A DNA stretch of 27,252 nt, taken from a virus (Duplodnaviria; Caudoviricetes). Shown here piece by piece: positions 8,428 through 17,432 of this stretch. Both the position numbers and the translations under genes were made by a program. Location: the IMG/VR virus record IMGVR_UViG_3300027672_000069, positions 1 to 27,252 of that record; one strand, 5' to 3'. A model generated the notes under the pieces. The model saw nothing but the letters and a program-made list of their open reading frames with translations, did no database searches and had not been told where the DNA came from. Position 1 is the first letter of the stretch. Each line of letters opens with the position of its first letter.

Positions 8428-9486
8428 ATGGCTATAAATTTTCAAGGTTTATTAGCAGGGCAAAAAGGTTTAGCGGACGAAAAAATTGCTGCTGATGCTG
8501 CACAGAAAGACGCGGATTGGAGGAAACTTATTCGTCAGGATGGTCTTGATGCAAAGTCTCAGGCTCAGGCTAACTTTGATAGTTCAGTCCTTGACAAGCG
8601 TATGGAAATTTTTAGTGCTGGTGCAACGGCGTTTGGTGCTGCACGTACACCTAGTAAGGAAATGGTGCAAAGTATTGCATACTTAAAAGATCTTGTGGGC
8701 GAAACAGAGGGTGGTGACGCTTGGCTTGATAGCTTTAAAAATAACCCTGCCATGCTTAAGAAAATTGAAGCTGCTCATAGAAAAGCAACAGAAGAGGGTG
8801 CAAATGTTGAAGGAGACAATCTGGTAGCTAATATCTTAGTTATTAATTCCAGTGAAGACCCAGAAGCTGCCGCAGAAGAGTTTGCTACCACTGGTGATCT
8901 TTGGGCGAAAGCAGGAGAAACTGACATGAGTGACAGAAAAGCTTTCTATGATCTGTACTCAAAGACTCAGGTTGCTCCTAAAGCTCCTACTTCTACCTAT
9001 AGAATTAAAGACCCACAGAAACTTGGAATGGCGCTTCCGGGTGGTGAAGATTATAATTCACAAAGTAAAATGTACGAGACTGAAGTCAATAAAAGAATGA
9101 CAAATAAGTTTCAAGATCTTACTAATTTAATTCAAAGTTTACCCGATACTAACGACCCACGGCGGAAAGCTGCAGACTTGGAGCTTATTGAAGTAACAAA
9201 TGCACAAAATGGGTCTAAAACTGGTAATGATACCCTTAGAGATCAATTATTTGGCCCTGACGCTTGGGATACTTTAGCTACAATTAATGAAGGCAACCCT
9301 CAGATGTTTGGTAACGGAGCTTTCCCAAAACCAGAAGGACCAGCACCTGTTGAAACTCCTGCGGCACCTCAACCTCAACAACCTCAAGATGGAGATAGAA
9401 CAGATCAACCGGGACCAGATGGTAGATATCTTATTTGGGATGCAGATGCAAATGCTTGGGTTCCAGAAGCTGAGTCTGAACAATGA
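8428..9486 (+). CDS. Probable internal virion protein
   Basis: 352-aa helical-looking ORF with AGGAG RBS, Pro/Gln linker and short C-terminal GPDG..IWD....W.P motif; position among internal proteins. Confidence 0.6.
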   Translation: MAINFQGLLAGQKGLADEKIAADAAQKDADWRKLIRQDGLDAKSQAQANFDSSVLDKRMEIFSAGATAFGAARTPSKEMVQSIAYLKDLVGETEGGDAWLDSFKNNPAMLKKIEAAHRKATEEGANVEGDNLVANILVINSSEDPEAAAEEFATTGDLWAKAGETDMSDRKAFYDLYSKTQVAPKAPTSTYRIKDPQKLGMALPGGEDYNSQSKMYETEVNKRMTNKFQDLTNLIQSLPDTNDPRRKAADLELIEVTNAQNGSKTGNDTLRDQLFGPDAWDTLATINEGNPQMFGNGAFPKPEGPAPVETPAAPQPQQPQDGDRTDQPGPDGRYLIWDADANAWVPEAESEQ

Positions 9487-12400
9487 GTAGTGCATTAGAT
9501 AGTCTTCCAGAAGGTTTTACTTTTGGAGGTATGTCTTCCTCACAAGTTGAGCCAGAAGAAACTGCAACACCTAGCAGTGCATTAGATAGTCTTCCAGAAG
9601 GTTTTACTTTTGGAGGTAGGTCTTCCTCACAACAACCTACACCTCAAGAACAAACTCAAGATACTGTACCTCTACCTGCCACTGTTGATACTCTTGAAAA
9701 AGGTACTTACACTGAAACTGATTTAAAAGGTGATAAGTATTACGGTATTGTGTCTGAGTATATGAAGAACCGTTACAACATTGAAGAATCCGAAGACTAC
9801 AACAGAGAAGAAATAACCACCATGTTTATGAATAACATGCGGGGTTTTGCTGGTGGTAACACTGTACGTGCAATCTCTGAGGTTGCTTATCTTAATGGTC
9901 TTAGTGAAGAAAAATTATCTAAAGTAGGAGAAGCATATACTCTGTTTGAGGGTATGGCTAATCTATACAGTGATGAAACTAGCTTTGGTGAAGCTGCTGG
10001 TGGTACGTGGGACTACGTTCGTTCTGCTTTAGTTGATCCAGTAAACTTAGTTAGCCTTGGCGTAGGTAAAGTTTTTGCTAGTGCTGGCACTAAGGTTGCT
10101 ATTAAGTCTGCACAGGGACTAGCTAAGGCAGCTATGAAGCGTGAGCTGGCAAGGGGAGCTACAAAGGAAGCTGCAGAAGAAGCAGGAAAGGCTATTTTTA
10201 GAAAACAAGCAGAGCGTCTTAGTCGTAAGTCTTCGCTTGAACTTGCTAAAAAACAAGGAAAAAAGTCTGCTATAAAAGAAGTAGGAGCCACTGTGGTTGT
10301 AGATGCTGTACAGGCAGCAGGTACAGCCTACGCCTATGAGAAGTCAATGGTACGTACTGATGTGCAGGATGAAGTAAGTATGCACTCTGTAGGTTTAGCT
10401 GCTCTGGGTACAATGATTCTTGGTGGTACGGTTGGTGCGTTTACTGTAGCAAGGTCTGCTAAGTCTGGGGGCTTAGAAACACTAGGCACTGAAGCCCTGT
10501 CTTTACCCAGTGGTGTTAATCCAAACCTACAGCCCTTGGAAAGTATGACCGACATGTTTGGTTTTAATTTCTTTGAGGGTGAAAAGGTTATTAAAAATAT
10601 GACCCAGAGAAACACTGAGACTGGGATGGAAGAAGCTATAGAAGGCACTGTAGTAGGTTTTAAGAGGGGTCAAGTGTTAGTGCAGCTACCAGATGGTAAC
10701 ACACAGTTACTGAGAAGGGCTGACCTACGCCTTGCTGACAACACTATTACAGGGGGTAATGAAGGAGCAATAGGAGGTCGTAATGGCTGGGAAGCTGCTG
10801 TATCACGTGGGTATGCTGTAGAGCTTATAAACAAACAAAGAAGAAACAAAGAACTGTTAGATGCTGATCCTAATTTTGTTGGGCCTCCACCTTCTCCTAA
10901 GCCTAAAAGCTTAGATGAACTTGACCAAGATTTCTTTAAGACCTTACTGTTAGGAAATAAAGATTTAAGAGTCAGAGGTATTGTTGAGGCAATGGCAGAG
11001 CAGGGTTACATATTTCAGAAAAGAAATAAAGATGACACCATTACTAGGTTTGTAACTGATGCTATTAGAAGCACTGGTGCAAATTCTACTGCTCATCGTG
11101 GTATGATGACAAAATTTCTTGAAGACTTTACTAAAGCCACAGGAATTACTGAGATAAACTTAGGTGTTATTGGTAAAGGAAAAGTAGACAAGATAGAAAA
11201 ACTTAACATAGATAACTTTGCTGATTATCTTAGCTATAGAACAAGTGATGCGGCTAAGACGCTTAACAACTGGTCACAGGCTCAAGAAGCATTAAGGGTA
11301 ACAGAACTTAAACTAGACAATACAACTTATGATGATTGGTTGAGAGCTGCTGTTTTACAGAAATCAGCTGATGAAATACCACCAAATGCTGTTAATAAAT
11401 TTTTAGATAAGTACGTAAGTGAGGGAATAAAGGCAAATCAAAACAGGGTTATTAGGCTTCTTGTTTCTAACCCCTCTACTTCTGCATTAAACTTAGTTGG
11501 TTGGGGTGCGGCTACTGGAATTAACTCTGTTGCTGACATTGGGGTAGGAATTGTACAACTAAATATTGCTGCTACATACAAAATACTTGGTAAAAATGAA
11601 AAGGCGGCAGAACAACTACGTGAAGCAAGTTCTTTGTTTATGGCTAATAAACAGAGATTAAGAAATTTATTAGACCCTGAGATGACTTACGATGCTTTTA
11701 AATCGTTAGGAAATAAAAACCCACAGCTAATGAAAGACTTAACTGAAACTCTCAGTGGTGGTGTAGATGCTGGTAAAATGTCTAGCTTTGACCCTAAAAA
11801 AACAATAGCAGGTCAAGGTGCGGATAAATTTATTGATACTGTACAAACACTGACTTTTGTTAAGGCTCAAGATGCATTTACAAAATCTCAAGAGTTTACA
11901 TACCAACTAGACAAAAGGCTCCGTAAAGATTTCAATAAGAGTTGGAGTGAGTTTTTTGCGGATGAAAATGCTGACGTAGCTATGCAAACATTTAAGTTTA
12001 AACAAGCAATAGCAGACGCAGTTGTAGAAACACAAGCTGCTACTTTCTCTAAATCTTTTGCTGACACAGGTACATTTCCAAAGTTTATTGAAGAGATGCG
12101 TAACATACCCGGCGTAGGTTTAATTGTACCCTTTGGTCGTTTCTTTAATAACACCCTTAACTTTATCGTTGAAGGGACGGGTGTAGCCATACCTTTAAAG
12201 GCTGCAACAGGCAGGTATAAAACAAAATCACAAAAAGAACTTGCAATGAAAGCTGGCATTGGTTACGGTATAGTGTTGACTTATGCTGACCAAGAAAAGT
12301 TTAACAGGGAGCAAGGTTTAAACTGGGATCAATACAGAGATAGAAATGGTGCAGTAATAACAGTTAAGTATGACTTCCCTATCTCACACCTTAAAGCTGG

Positions 12401-13337
12401 GGCTGCTCTCATGTCTTACGTACTTAATGACCAAAAAATTCCGCCAGACATGTTAAAAGATATGAGTGACCAATTAGGATTTGGGTCTATTACACGTCAA
12501 TTAAATCAAACAGTAGATGGTTTGGGTAGTACTTTATCTTTAGCTATAACAGGGGATGAGGCTGCAATAAAGGAACTTCAGAAGGTTAGTGGTAAAATGT
12601 TGAGCCAAGTAGCTTCTGGTGTGACTAGAGCTGTAGACCCAATTAATCAAATAGTAGGTTTAGCTAGGGGTGAAGATGGTATCTCTATAGACAGGAGACA
12701 GAACGGACGAGTCGCAAATGACAGTCTACGTTACATGGATCAAATCATTGGTGCTATTGGAGGTGACTTAGCTCCTCAAAGATTTAATGCAGCTACAGGT
12801 AAGAAGGGACAAGACGCAACTAAACTTGTAGGTATTCGTGAGGTTAAATTAACTGACACAGCTAAAATGATGAACATGATTGGCAAACCTTCGTTTACAG
12901 CTGATGTATCTATAAATACTGCTGGCTCTGCTGAAGGTAGTAATAGGTACGCTGAAGTGTTCCACAGCTTTGTGGAGTATAGGGCTGGTAAACTTATTAG
13001 AAGTAATCTTATGAATGACGACAAGTACTCTTTAAAAGACAGACAACAACAAGTTAAGATGGTTCTAGAAGATGCAAAAGGATTAACTGAAGCCTTTATG
13101 GAACTGGGCGCTGTTCAATCTAATGACAGGGTTTTGTTTAAAATGATGAAGCTAGTAGGAAAAGCTAACAGTGTTAAAGCTTTAGATAAGGTAGTAAAAG
13201 AAATGGGAGTATATGATTCCTTTTCAGACCTTGCAGATGTTGAGTCTGAGTCCGAGGTGCTTGACCAACTTGTTTTAATTGGCGCCTACTTAGATGGCGA
13301 AAAATACAGAAGAAAAATACTACCTAAGCCCTACTAA
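9483..13337 (+). CDS. Large internal virion protein (positional equivalent of T7 gp16-like ejection proteins)
   Basis: 1284 aa, last gene of the virion arm; DPVNLVSLGVGK plus Ala/Gly hydrophobic segments and a later VPFGRFFNN motif typical of podovirus core proteins; ATGA overlap with the upstream gene. Confidence 0.7.
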   Translation: MSSALDSLPEGFTFGGMSSSQVEPEETATPSSALDSLPEGFTFGGRSSSQQPTPQEQTQDTVPLPATVDTLEKGTYTETDLKGDKYYGIVSEYMKNRYNIEESEDYNREEITTMFMNNMRGFAGGNTVRAISEVAYLNGLSEEKLSKVGEAYTLFEGMANLYSDETSFGEAAGGTWDYVRSALVDPVNLVSLGVGKVFASAGTKVAIKSAQGLAKAAMKRELARGATKEAAEEAGKAIFRKQAERLSRKSSLELAKKQGKKSAIKEVGATVVVDAVQAAGTAYAYEKSMVRTDVQDEVSMHSVGLAALGTMILGGTVGAFTVARSAKSGGLETLGTEALSLPSGVNPNLQPLESMTDMFGFNFFEGEKVIKNMTQRNTETGMEEAIEGTVVGFKRGQVLVQLPDGNTQLLRRADLRLADNTITGGNEGAIGGRNGWEAAVSRGYAVELINKQRRNKELLDADPNFVGPPPSPKPKSLDELDQDFFKTLLLGNKDLRVRGIVEAMAEQGYIFQKRNKDDTITRFVTDAIRSTGANSTAHRGMMTKFLEDFTKATGITEINLGVIGKGKVDKIEKLNIDNFADYLSYRTSDAAKTLNNWSQAQEALRVTELKLDNTTYDDWLRAAVLQKSADEIPPNAVNKFLDKYVSEGIKANQNRVIRLLVSNPSTSALNLVGWGAATGINSVADIGVGIVQLNIAATYKILGKNEKAAEQLREASSLFMANKQRLRNLLDPEMTYDAFKSLGNKNPQLMKDLTETLSGGVDAGKMSSFDPKKTIAGQGADKFIDTVQTLTFVKAQDAFTKSQEFTYQLDKRLRKDFNKSWSEFFADENADVAMQTFKFKQAIADAVVETQAATFSKSFADTGTFPKFIEEMRNIPGVGLIVPFGRFFNNTLNFIVEGTGVAIPLKAATGRYKTKSQKELAMKAGIGYGIVLTYADQEKFNREQGLNWDQYRDRNGAVITVKYDFPISHLKAGAALMSYVLNDQKIPPDMLKDMSDQLGFGSITRQLNQTVDGLGSTLSLAITGDEAAIKELQKVSGKMLSQVASGVTRAVDPINQIVGLARGEDGISIDRRQNGRVANDSLRYMDQIIGAIGGDLAPQRFNAATGKKGQDATKLVGIREVKLTDTAKMMNMIGKPSFTADVSINTAGSAEGSNRYAEVFHSFVEYRAGKLIRSNLMNDDKYSLKDRQQQVKMVLEDAKGLTEAFMELGAVQSNDRVLFKMMKLVGKANSVKALDKVVKEMGVYDSFSDLADVESESEVLDQLVLIGAYLDGEKYRRKILPKPY
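9489..9632 (+). repeat. 57-bp direct repeat (9489-9545 and 9576-9632, one mismatch)
   Basis: AGTGCATTAGATAGTCTTCCAGAAGGTTTTACTTTTGGAGGTA[T/G]GTCTTCCTCACAA twice, period 87 bp, encoding SALDSLPEGFTFGG[M/R]SSSQ. Confidence 0.95.
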
Positions 13338-13543
13338 TCTTCCTCTTCTAACATAAAGTCTGCCCACTCATATGATGACCGTTTTACCTCAGTCATATTT
13401 AAAGCCCCTTTACTACCTGAGAGTATCCCAGCAAGAGCTTGTCCTGCTAGATACCTTCGGGAAGTGAGGGGCTTAAGTGTTCTAGGTGTACGTTTTTTAT
13501 TAGTGTACTTCTTGGCTTCTTCGGCTAAGTTTTTTTGACTCAA
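13334..13543 (-). CDS. Small phage hypothetical protein (RxYxAGQAL...Y..AD.ML type)
   Basis: RRYLAGQALAGIL...SYEWADFMLE resembles a widespread small phage protein motif; TTG start uncertain. Confidence 0.6.
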   Translation of the reverse strand: MSQKNLAEEAKKYTNKKRTPRTLKPLTSRRYLAGQALAGILSGSKGALNMTEVKRSSYEWADFMLEEED

Positions 13544-13685
13544 TGTTCTTTACCTTTTCTAAATTGAAGAAGTAGGATTTGTTAAAACCATACTCCCAAT
13601 CTTTATTGTCTTTAGAGTCTTTACGGTAAGGGTTAGAAATATTACCTACCGTAAAGTCCCTTCTGCCTCGTTCGTATGGTTTCAC
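13500..13685 (-). CDS. Small protein with Rmf/CrpP-like motif
   Basis: YERG......G...NPY.........WEYGF pattern; GGAGG RBS and ATGA-type coupling with the DUF3310 gene. Confidence 0.5.
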   Translation of the reverse strand: MKPYERGRRDFTVGNISNPYRKDSKDNKDWEYGFNKSYFFNLEKVKNIESKKLSRRSQEVH

Positions 13686-13939
13686 TTATGAACCTCCTTC
13701 ATAGCTTCTCGCATCTTTTGCATATACCAATCAGCCTTATCCATATCTTCTACAGGATTTTGTTTATACCTGTGACGATGTTGGTACTTAATCATATTAC
13801 CGTGACAGTACGCAATAAACCCTTCAACTCCTAACACCTGTTTAACGTAGTCAATGCATTCTATCTCACCTGTGTTGTAATGTAAAGGTTTAGTTACAGG
13901 GTCAAAAGAATTATCTTTTGGTAAGTTCCACTTGGTCAT
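13682..13939 (-). CDS. DUF3310 family protein (related to T7 gp1.7 nucleotide kinase)
   Basis: V.KP.HYNTGEIECIDY...YCHGN.IKY..R...K..PVED..KA.WY signature. Confidence 0.85.
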   Translation of the reverse strand: MTKWNLPKDNSFDPVTKPLHYNTGEIECIDYVKQVLGVEGFIAYCHGNMIKYQHRHRYKQNPVEDMDKADWYMQKMREAMKEVHK

Positions 13940-13946
13940 GATAGTA

Positions 13947-14168
13947 TTAACTTTCTGTATCTATATTAAAAGGTAATGAAAAACACTGGCTTACTGCCTT
14001 GGCATTATCATCTGGTCTTGACTTGTACAAACGTAGCATATCATGTTCTCGCCATGATTGGCAAGACTCTTCTGTTCTAAATGCCATGTTTGGGGCGTGT
14101 ATTGAAAAAGAACTTTTTACATTTACTGGGTTAGTTAGTGTTATTGCTACTACATAAATCCAAATCAT
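13947..14168 (-). CDS. Small hypothetical exported protein
   Basis: Hydrophobic MIWIYVVAITL start, two Cys (F.TEESC...QC); AAGGAG RBS. Confidence 0.6.
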   Translation of the reverse strand: MIWIYVVAITLTNPVNVKSSFSIHAPNMAFRTEESCQSWREHDMLRLYKSRPDDNAKAVSQCFSLPFNIDTES

Positions 14169-14181
14169 TTTACTTCTCCTT

Positions 14182-14598
14182 TTATTTGTCTATATGGTTC
14201 TCCAAATATATTTTAGCTTTGCTTACTCTTTCAAGACTGTCTTTTAATCCACCTAATCCTGTGTTACAGTTGCCACATAGCCACCCTCTGAATGTTTCAG
14301 TTTTGTGGCAGTGATCTAGCACCCATGATTGTAGTTTCTTCTGTCCTTTACTGCTTATTTCTTTTAGGCTCCTCTGGCATATAGGACACAGATAATTTTC
14401 ATCAGGGTAAGTATTTAAGGTTTTTAAATGCTCTACTACATTTACTTGTTTCTTCTTGCAGGACTTACACTTTCTTTTTATTTCTCCTGATGGCACACGT
14501 TGAAAGTTTTCAACAGGTTGGATTATACCACAGTCATTACACTCTAAGCCCCCCTCAAGTAGAGGAGGAATTAGATTATTAAACAACTCAAGTTGCAT
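14182..14598 (-). CDS. Endonuclease VII family (His-Me finger) endonuclease, probably a free-standing homing endonuclease
   Basis: N-terminal CxxC...CKSC zinc motif, then CPIC...LDHCH....RGWLC..CN..LG. Confidence 0.85.
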   Translation of the reverse strand: MQLELFNNLIPPLLEGGLECNDCGIIQPVENFQRVPSGEIKRKCKSCKKKQVNVVEHLKTLNTYPDENYLCPICQRSLKEISSKGQKKLQSWVLDHCHKTETFRGWLCGNCNTGLGGLKDSLERVSKAKIYLENHIDK

Positions 14599-16499
14599 TA
14601 GGTAATATCCACCATCTCACACACATCTCCACTACAGGCCATTGTTTGCATACCACTGGTGTTGTCCTCTTGTTCGTACTCAGATAAATTAGACCAGTCA
14701 ATACTCTTGGGCATAATAGATAGAAGGTTACGATAGACCGTAATATCTACATCTTGATACGGAGCCTGTTGATAAGTATGCTCATTGAATGGTAGGAAAG
14801 ATACGCCTGACATTTCATCAAAGTGCTTGTACACAAATGCTCCTACTTCAAACCATTCATCAGCCTTGACGTTGATCGTAACACTAGGCTTATGCTCACA
14901 CCAATGACGTTGATACATCAACCACATCTCTAGCTGTTCTAGTGCAGACATATCAGCAGTATGGATAGCACCTAGGGGTGATTGCATTGGGAAGCTGAAC
15001 ACTGTGGTAGCGTCAGGCTTCATTACGTCAGGCTCACTTGGTACACCCTGATCAATCATGAACTGTGTTAGTGGGTCTTTATTGTCACCGCGTACAGTAC
15101 GGATATAATAGGGAGAATGACGAGCATGTATTCCAGAAGCCGAATCAACCAGTTGGGAAACTGTTCCACTGGGCTTGACACAAGTAATAGCAGTGCTAAC
15201 AGGGATAGAAAGCTTGTCAGCCCACTCAGCATTAGTAGTAACAGCCACATTTTTAAGATACTCCAATGTTTCAGCTAATCCTTCATTAGCTGCAGTCATT
15301 AAAGGGTTGTCCATTATCCCCGTGAGAGACACACCGAGCAATCGTTCTGCTGCGGTATTGTTAGACCACACTTTACGCAGGTACGGAAAGTTGGTGAAGG
15401 TGGATTGTATTGTTCCAAGTATAGTTGCAAGGCGGACTTTTCTTGAAAGGTCTTCCATATTGTCTGTGGCACGGACAACAACTTCCGTAAGATTACAGAA
15501 CTGATTCGGTCTGAGGATGATTTCCGAACAGGGGTTTGTGCCAAACTCATAGCAAGTTTCTCTACGGCCATTTTTTCCTGCTTGCTTAATTGAAGCTTCT
15601 CTATTAAATACACCACGTTCTCCACTCCCACTTTCCATTAAGGCTGTCCACTCACGCATGAAAGCCATACTATCAGGCTTCTCAGTGTAAGAGACAGAGT
15701 TGTTAGCCAAGGCTCTATGCCCAGCGTTTTCCCACCAGTTACCTGACTTAGCATGACGCATACGATCATCAGATAGATTTGATAGGCTAATCATAGCACT
15801 ACGACGGACACCACCTACTACTACAACCTCACCAATCTTACACATCAAGTCGTGACACTCAATGCTAGACAGCTTACGACCTTGTGCTGCACGGAATGTT
15901 GTAGTAGAAAAATTAAACAGATCAATAAGTGGAGAAGGCCCACTAGCACGTCCGCCAAACGTCTTAAGTCTTGCACCTGCAGGACGAACCTTACTAACAT
16001 CCCACTTAGGGATTTCACCAGCCCATAGGAGTGCTAACACTTGCCTGAGACCTTTCGCCCAACCTTCCTTGCTATCCTTAACCACGACAGTCGTGTCACT
16101 CTGGAAAAGAGTAGGCACATCAGGGAGTTTACTAATGAACTGCCGCTCAACACTGAAGCCAACCCCAGTACCACAGAGGAGGATGAACATAGCCTCATCA
16201 AAGGACTTAGGGTCATCTACGGGTAGGTAGGAGCAATTATACATACAGGTGTTGTCACGCTCTGCAGCTTTACCCGCAGTCATTAGTGAACGCATACTGG
16301 GCATAACTTCTAAGCCTAGGATAGCGTTGGCAACATCTCTATATGTATCTTTGTCAACAAAGCTATCAACAATATTAAGCATATAACGGTCAACAGTTTC
16401 TGTCCACGTCTCACGGCGTCCTTTGTCTTCAAGCCATCGTGCGTAACGACTGGTTGCAATAAAGGTCTGGTAGTCTGTTGGTAGATAGTTGTTACTCAT
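14598..16499 (-). CDS. nrdJ: Class II (adenosylcobalamin-dependent) ribonucleotide reductase
   Basis: PSMR, YNCSY, GGVRRSA, TNPCSEI, CNLTE, KPSGT and C-terminal ACSGDVCE; no C-terminal YY radical-transfer pair and no recognisable beta subunit in the window. Confidence 0.9.
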   Translation of the reverse strand: MSNNYLPTDYQTFIATSRYARWLEDKGRRETWTETVDRYMLNIVDSFVDKDTYRDVANAILGLEVMPSMRSLMTAGKAAERDNTCMYNCSYLPVDDPKSFDEAMFILLCGTGVGFSVERQFISKLPDVPTLFQSDTTVVVKDSKEGWAKGLRQVLALLWAGEIPKWDVSKVRPAGARLKTFGGRASGPSPLIDLFNFSTTTFRAAQGRKLSSIECHDLMCKIGEVVVVGGVRRSAMISLSNLSDDRMRHAKSGNWWENAGHRALANNSVSYTEKPDSMAFMREWTALMESGSGERGVFNREASIKQAGKNGRRETCYEFGTNPCSEIILRPNQFCNLTEVVVRATDNMEDLSRKVRLATILGTIQSTFTNFPYLRKVWSNNTAAERLLGVSLTGIMDNPLMTAANEGLAETLEYLKNVAVTTNAEWADKLSIPVSTAITCVKPSGTVSQLVDSASGIHARHSPYYIRTVRGDNKDPLTQFMIDQGVPSEPDVMKPDATTVFSFPMQSPLGAIHTADMSALEQLEMWLMYQRHWCEHKPSVTINVKADEWFEVGAFVYKHFDEMSGVSFLPFNEHTYQQAPYQDVDITVYRNLLSIMPKSIDWSNLSEYEQEDNTSGMQTMACSGDVCEMVDIT

Positions 16500-16708
16500 T
16501 TGTCTTCACCCATTCTCATACGAAATATTTCTCTTCTTCCACGCTTACCTAAGTTCGCCTCAAAGATAGTTTTAGCTTTCTCAAGTAAAATGCAAGCAAA
16601 CAGCAAGGTTTCTTCCCTGCTGTCGCACATCATAATCTGTTGGTCAATAGGTCTTATTAGCTCATTGGCCCGAATTTGTATCTTGCTCTTTTTACCTCTC
16701 ATCCCCAC
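16496..16708 (-). CDS. Hypothetical protein
   Basis: Fills the gap between MazG-like and RNR genes with ATGA overlap onto RNR; exact start (16708 or 16702) uncertain. Confidence 0.6.
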   Translation of the reverse strand: MGMRGKKSKIQIRANELIRPIDQQIMMCDSREETLLFACILLEKAKTIFEANLGKRGRREIFRMRMGEDK

Positions 16709-17027
16709 TCCCTTTTAGGGTTCCCCTAGACTCACGACCGTCTAGTTTGACCATGTTTTGTGTGATGACAGATGCTAGGTTGAAGTTGTAGTAGTTAGCT
16801 AGTGCTGTAGTATAAAAAAGTACGTCACCCAGCTCACCTAGGATAGCTTCGGGTGTTACTTTTGTCTTGTCACGGATACGTTTCTTAATCTTACCTGCTA
16901 CTTCCCCAGCCTCTTCACAGAGACCAAGAACATTTTCATTGAGTCGGTCTTGTGGGTCTGTAATAATCTTACGCTCTACCCACTCACTGTAGCCTTGAAA
17001 GGCTTTCATATCTTCTTCAGTAATCAT
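16692..17027 (-). CDS. mazG: MazG-like nucleoside triphosphate pyrophosphohydrolase
   Basis: LGLCEEAGEVAGKIKK.IRD...ELGDVLFY...N..KL..R..RGTL.GSGD.R. Confidence 0.88.
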   Translation of the reverse strand: MITEEDMKAFQGYSEWVERKIITDPQDRLNENVLGLCEEAGEVAGKIKKRIRDKTKVTPEAILGELGDVLFYTTALANYYNFNLASVITQNMVKLDGRESRGTLKGSGDER

Positions 17028-17206
17028 TTAAAAGACCCTTTTAGTTTGTTCATAAGTATTTCTTTTACAACATTTAAACTACTCAACTGATAGGTAAGGG
17101 TTGTCCCCACGGAGTGATTCTTTTGTAGCTCTCCTACCCAACTTAATTGTTCTTTGTTAAACGTGTCTGTGTCGTATTCAACATCGTCTAGTGTTATCTT
17201 AGTCAC
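17024..17206 (-). CDS. Hypothetical protein
   Basis: GTG start with GAGG RBS; ITLDDVEY followed by a helical segment; coupled to both neighbours. Confidence 0.6.
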   Translation of the reverse strand: MTKITLDDVEYDTDTFNKEQLSWVGELQKNHSVGTTLTYQLSSLNVVKEILMNKLKGSFK

Positions 17207-17363
17207 TTAATGTTACCTCACAGTTTGTTATCTTTACGTCATCTATATCATACATGATATTGTACATTAGTTCTTTTATTACAAAGGGACTAGAGGGGTT
17301 GTACACCTCTAAGAAATTAGCAGAAGGATCAACTTCTATATTTATTATTACTTCATATTTCAT
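17199..17363 (-). CDS. Hypothetical 54-aa protein, not in the ORF track
   Basis: Hand translation MKYEVIINIEVDPSANFLEVYNPSSPFVIKELMYNIMYDIDDVKITNCEVTLSD*; AGGGA RBS, alternative ATG at 17369; overlaps the next start. Confidence 0.65.
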   Translation of the reverse strand: MKYEVIINIEVDPSANFLEVYNPSSPFVIKELMYNIMYDIDDVKITNCEVTLSD

Positions 17364-17378
17364 TGTCATAAGTCCCTA

Positions 17379-17406
17379 GTTATACTCAGCTACACGCATT
17401 TGTCAA
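17379..17406 (-). promoter_or_regulatory. Sigma70-like promoter for the nucleotide metabolism genes
   Basis: Minus strand TTGACA-N16-TATAAC in one of the very few intergenic gaps, AT-rich upstream. Confidence 0.6.
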
Positions 17407-17432
17407 TAGAACAAGTGACAATTATTAATATT

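Noticed and set aside
347-13024. Many minus-strand ORFs within the virion arm (e.g. 722-1225, 4361-4864, 11888-12259)
   Set aside because: Antisense shadows of well-supported genes, with no RBS or recognisable motifs.
13402-13474. AAGCCCCT / AGGGGCTT inverted repeat as the arm terminator
   Set aside because: Arms are about 57 nt apart inside a CDS with no adjacent U-tract.
16692-17027. Modified-base (Z-genome) pathway suggested by the MazG-like gene
   Set aside because: No PurZ- or DatZ-like gene is recognisable in the window.
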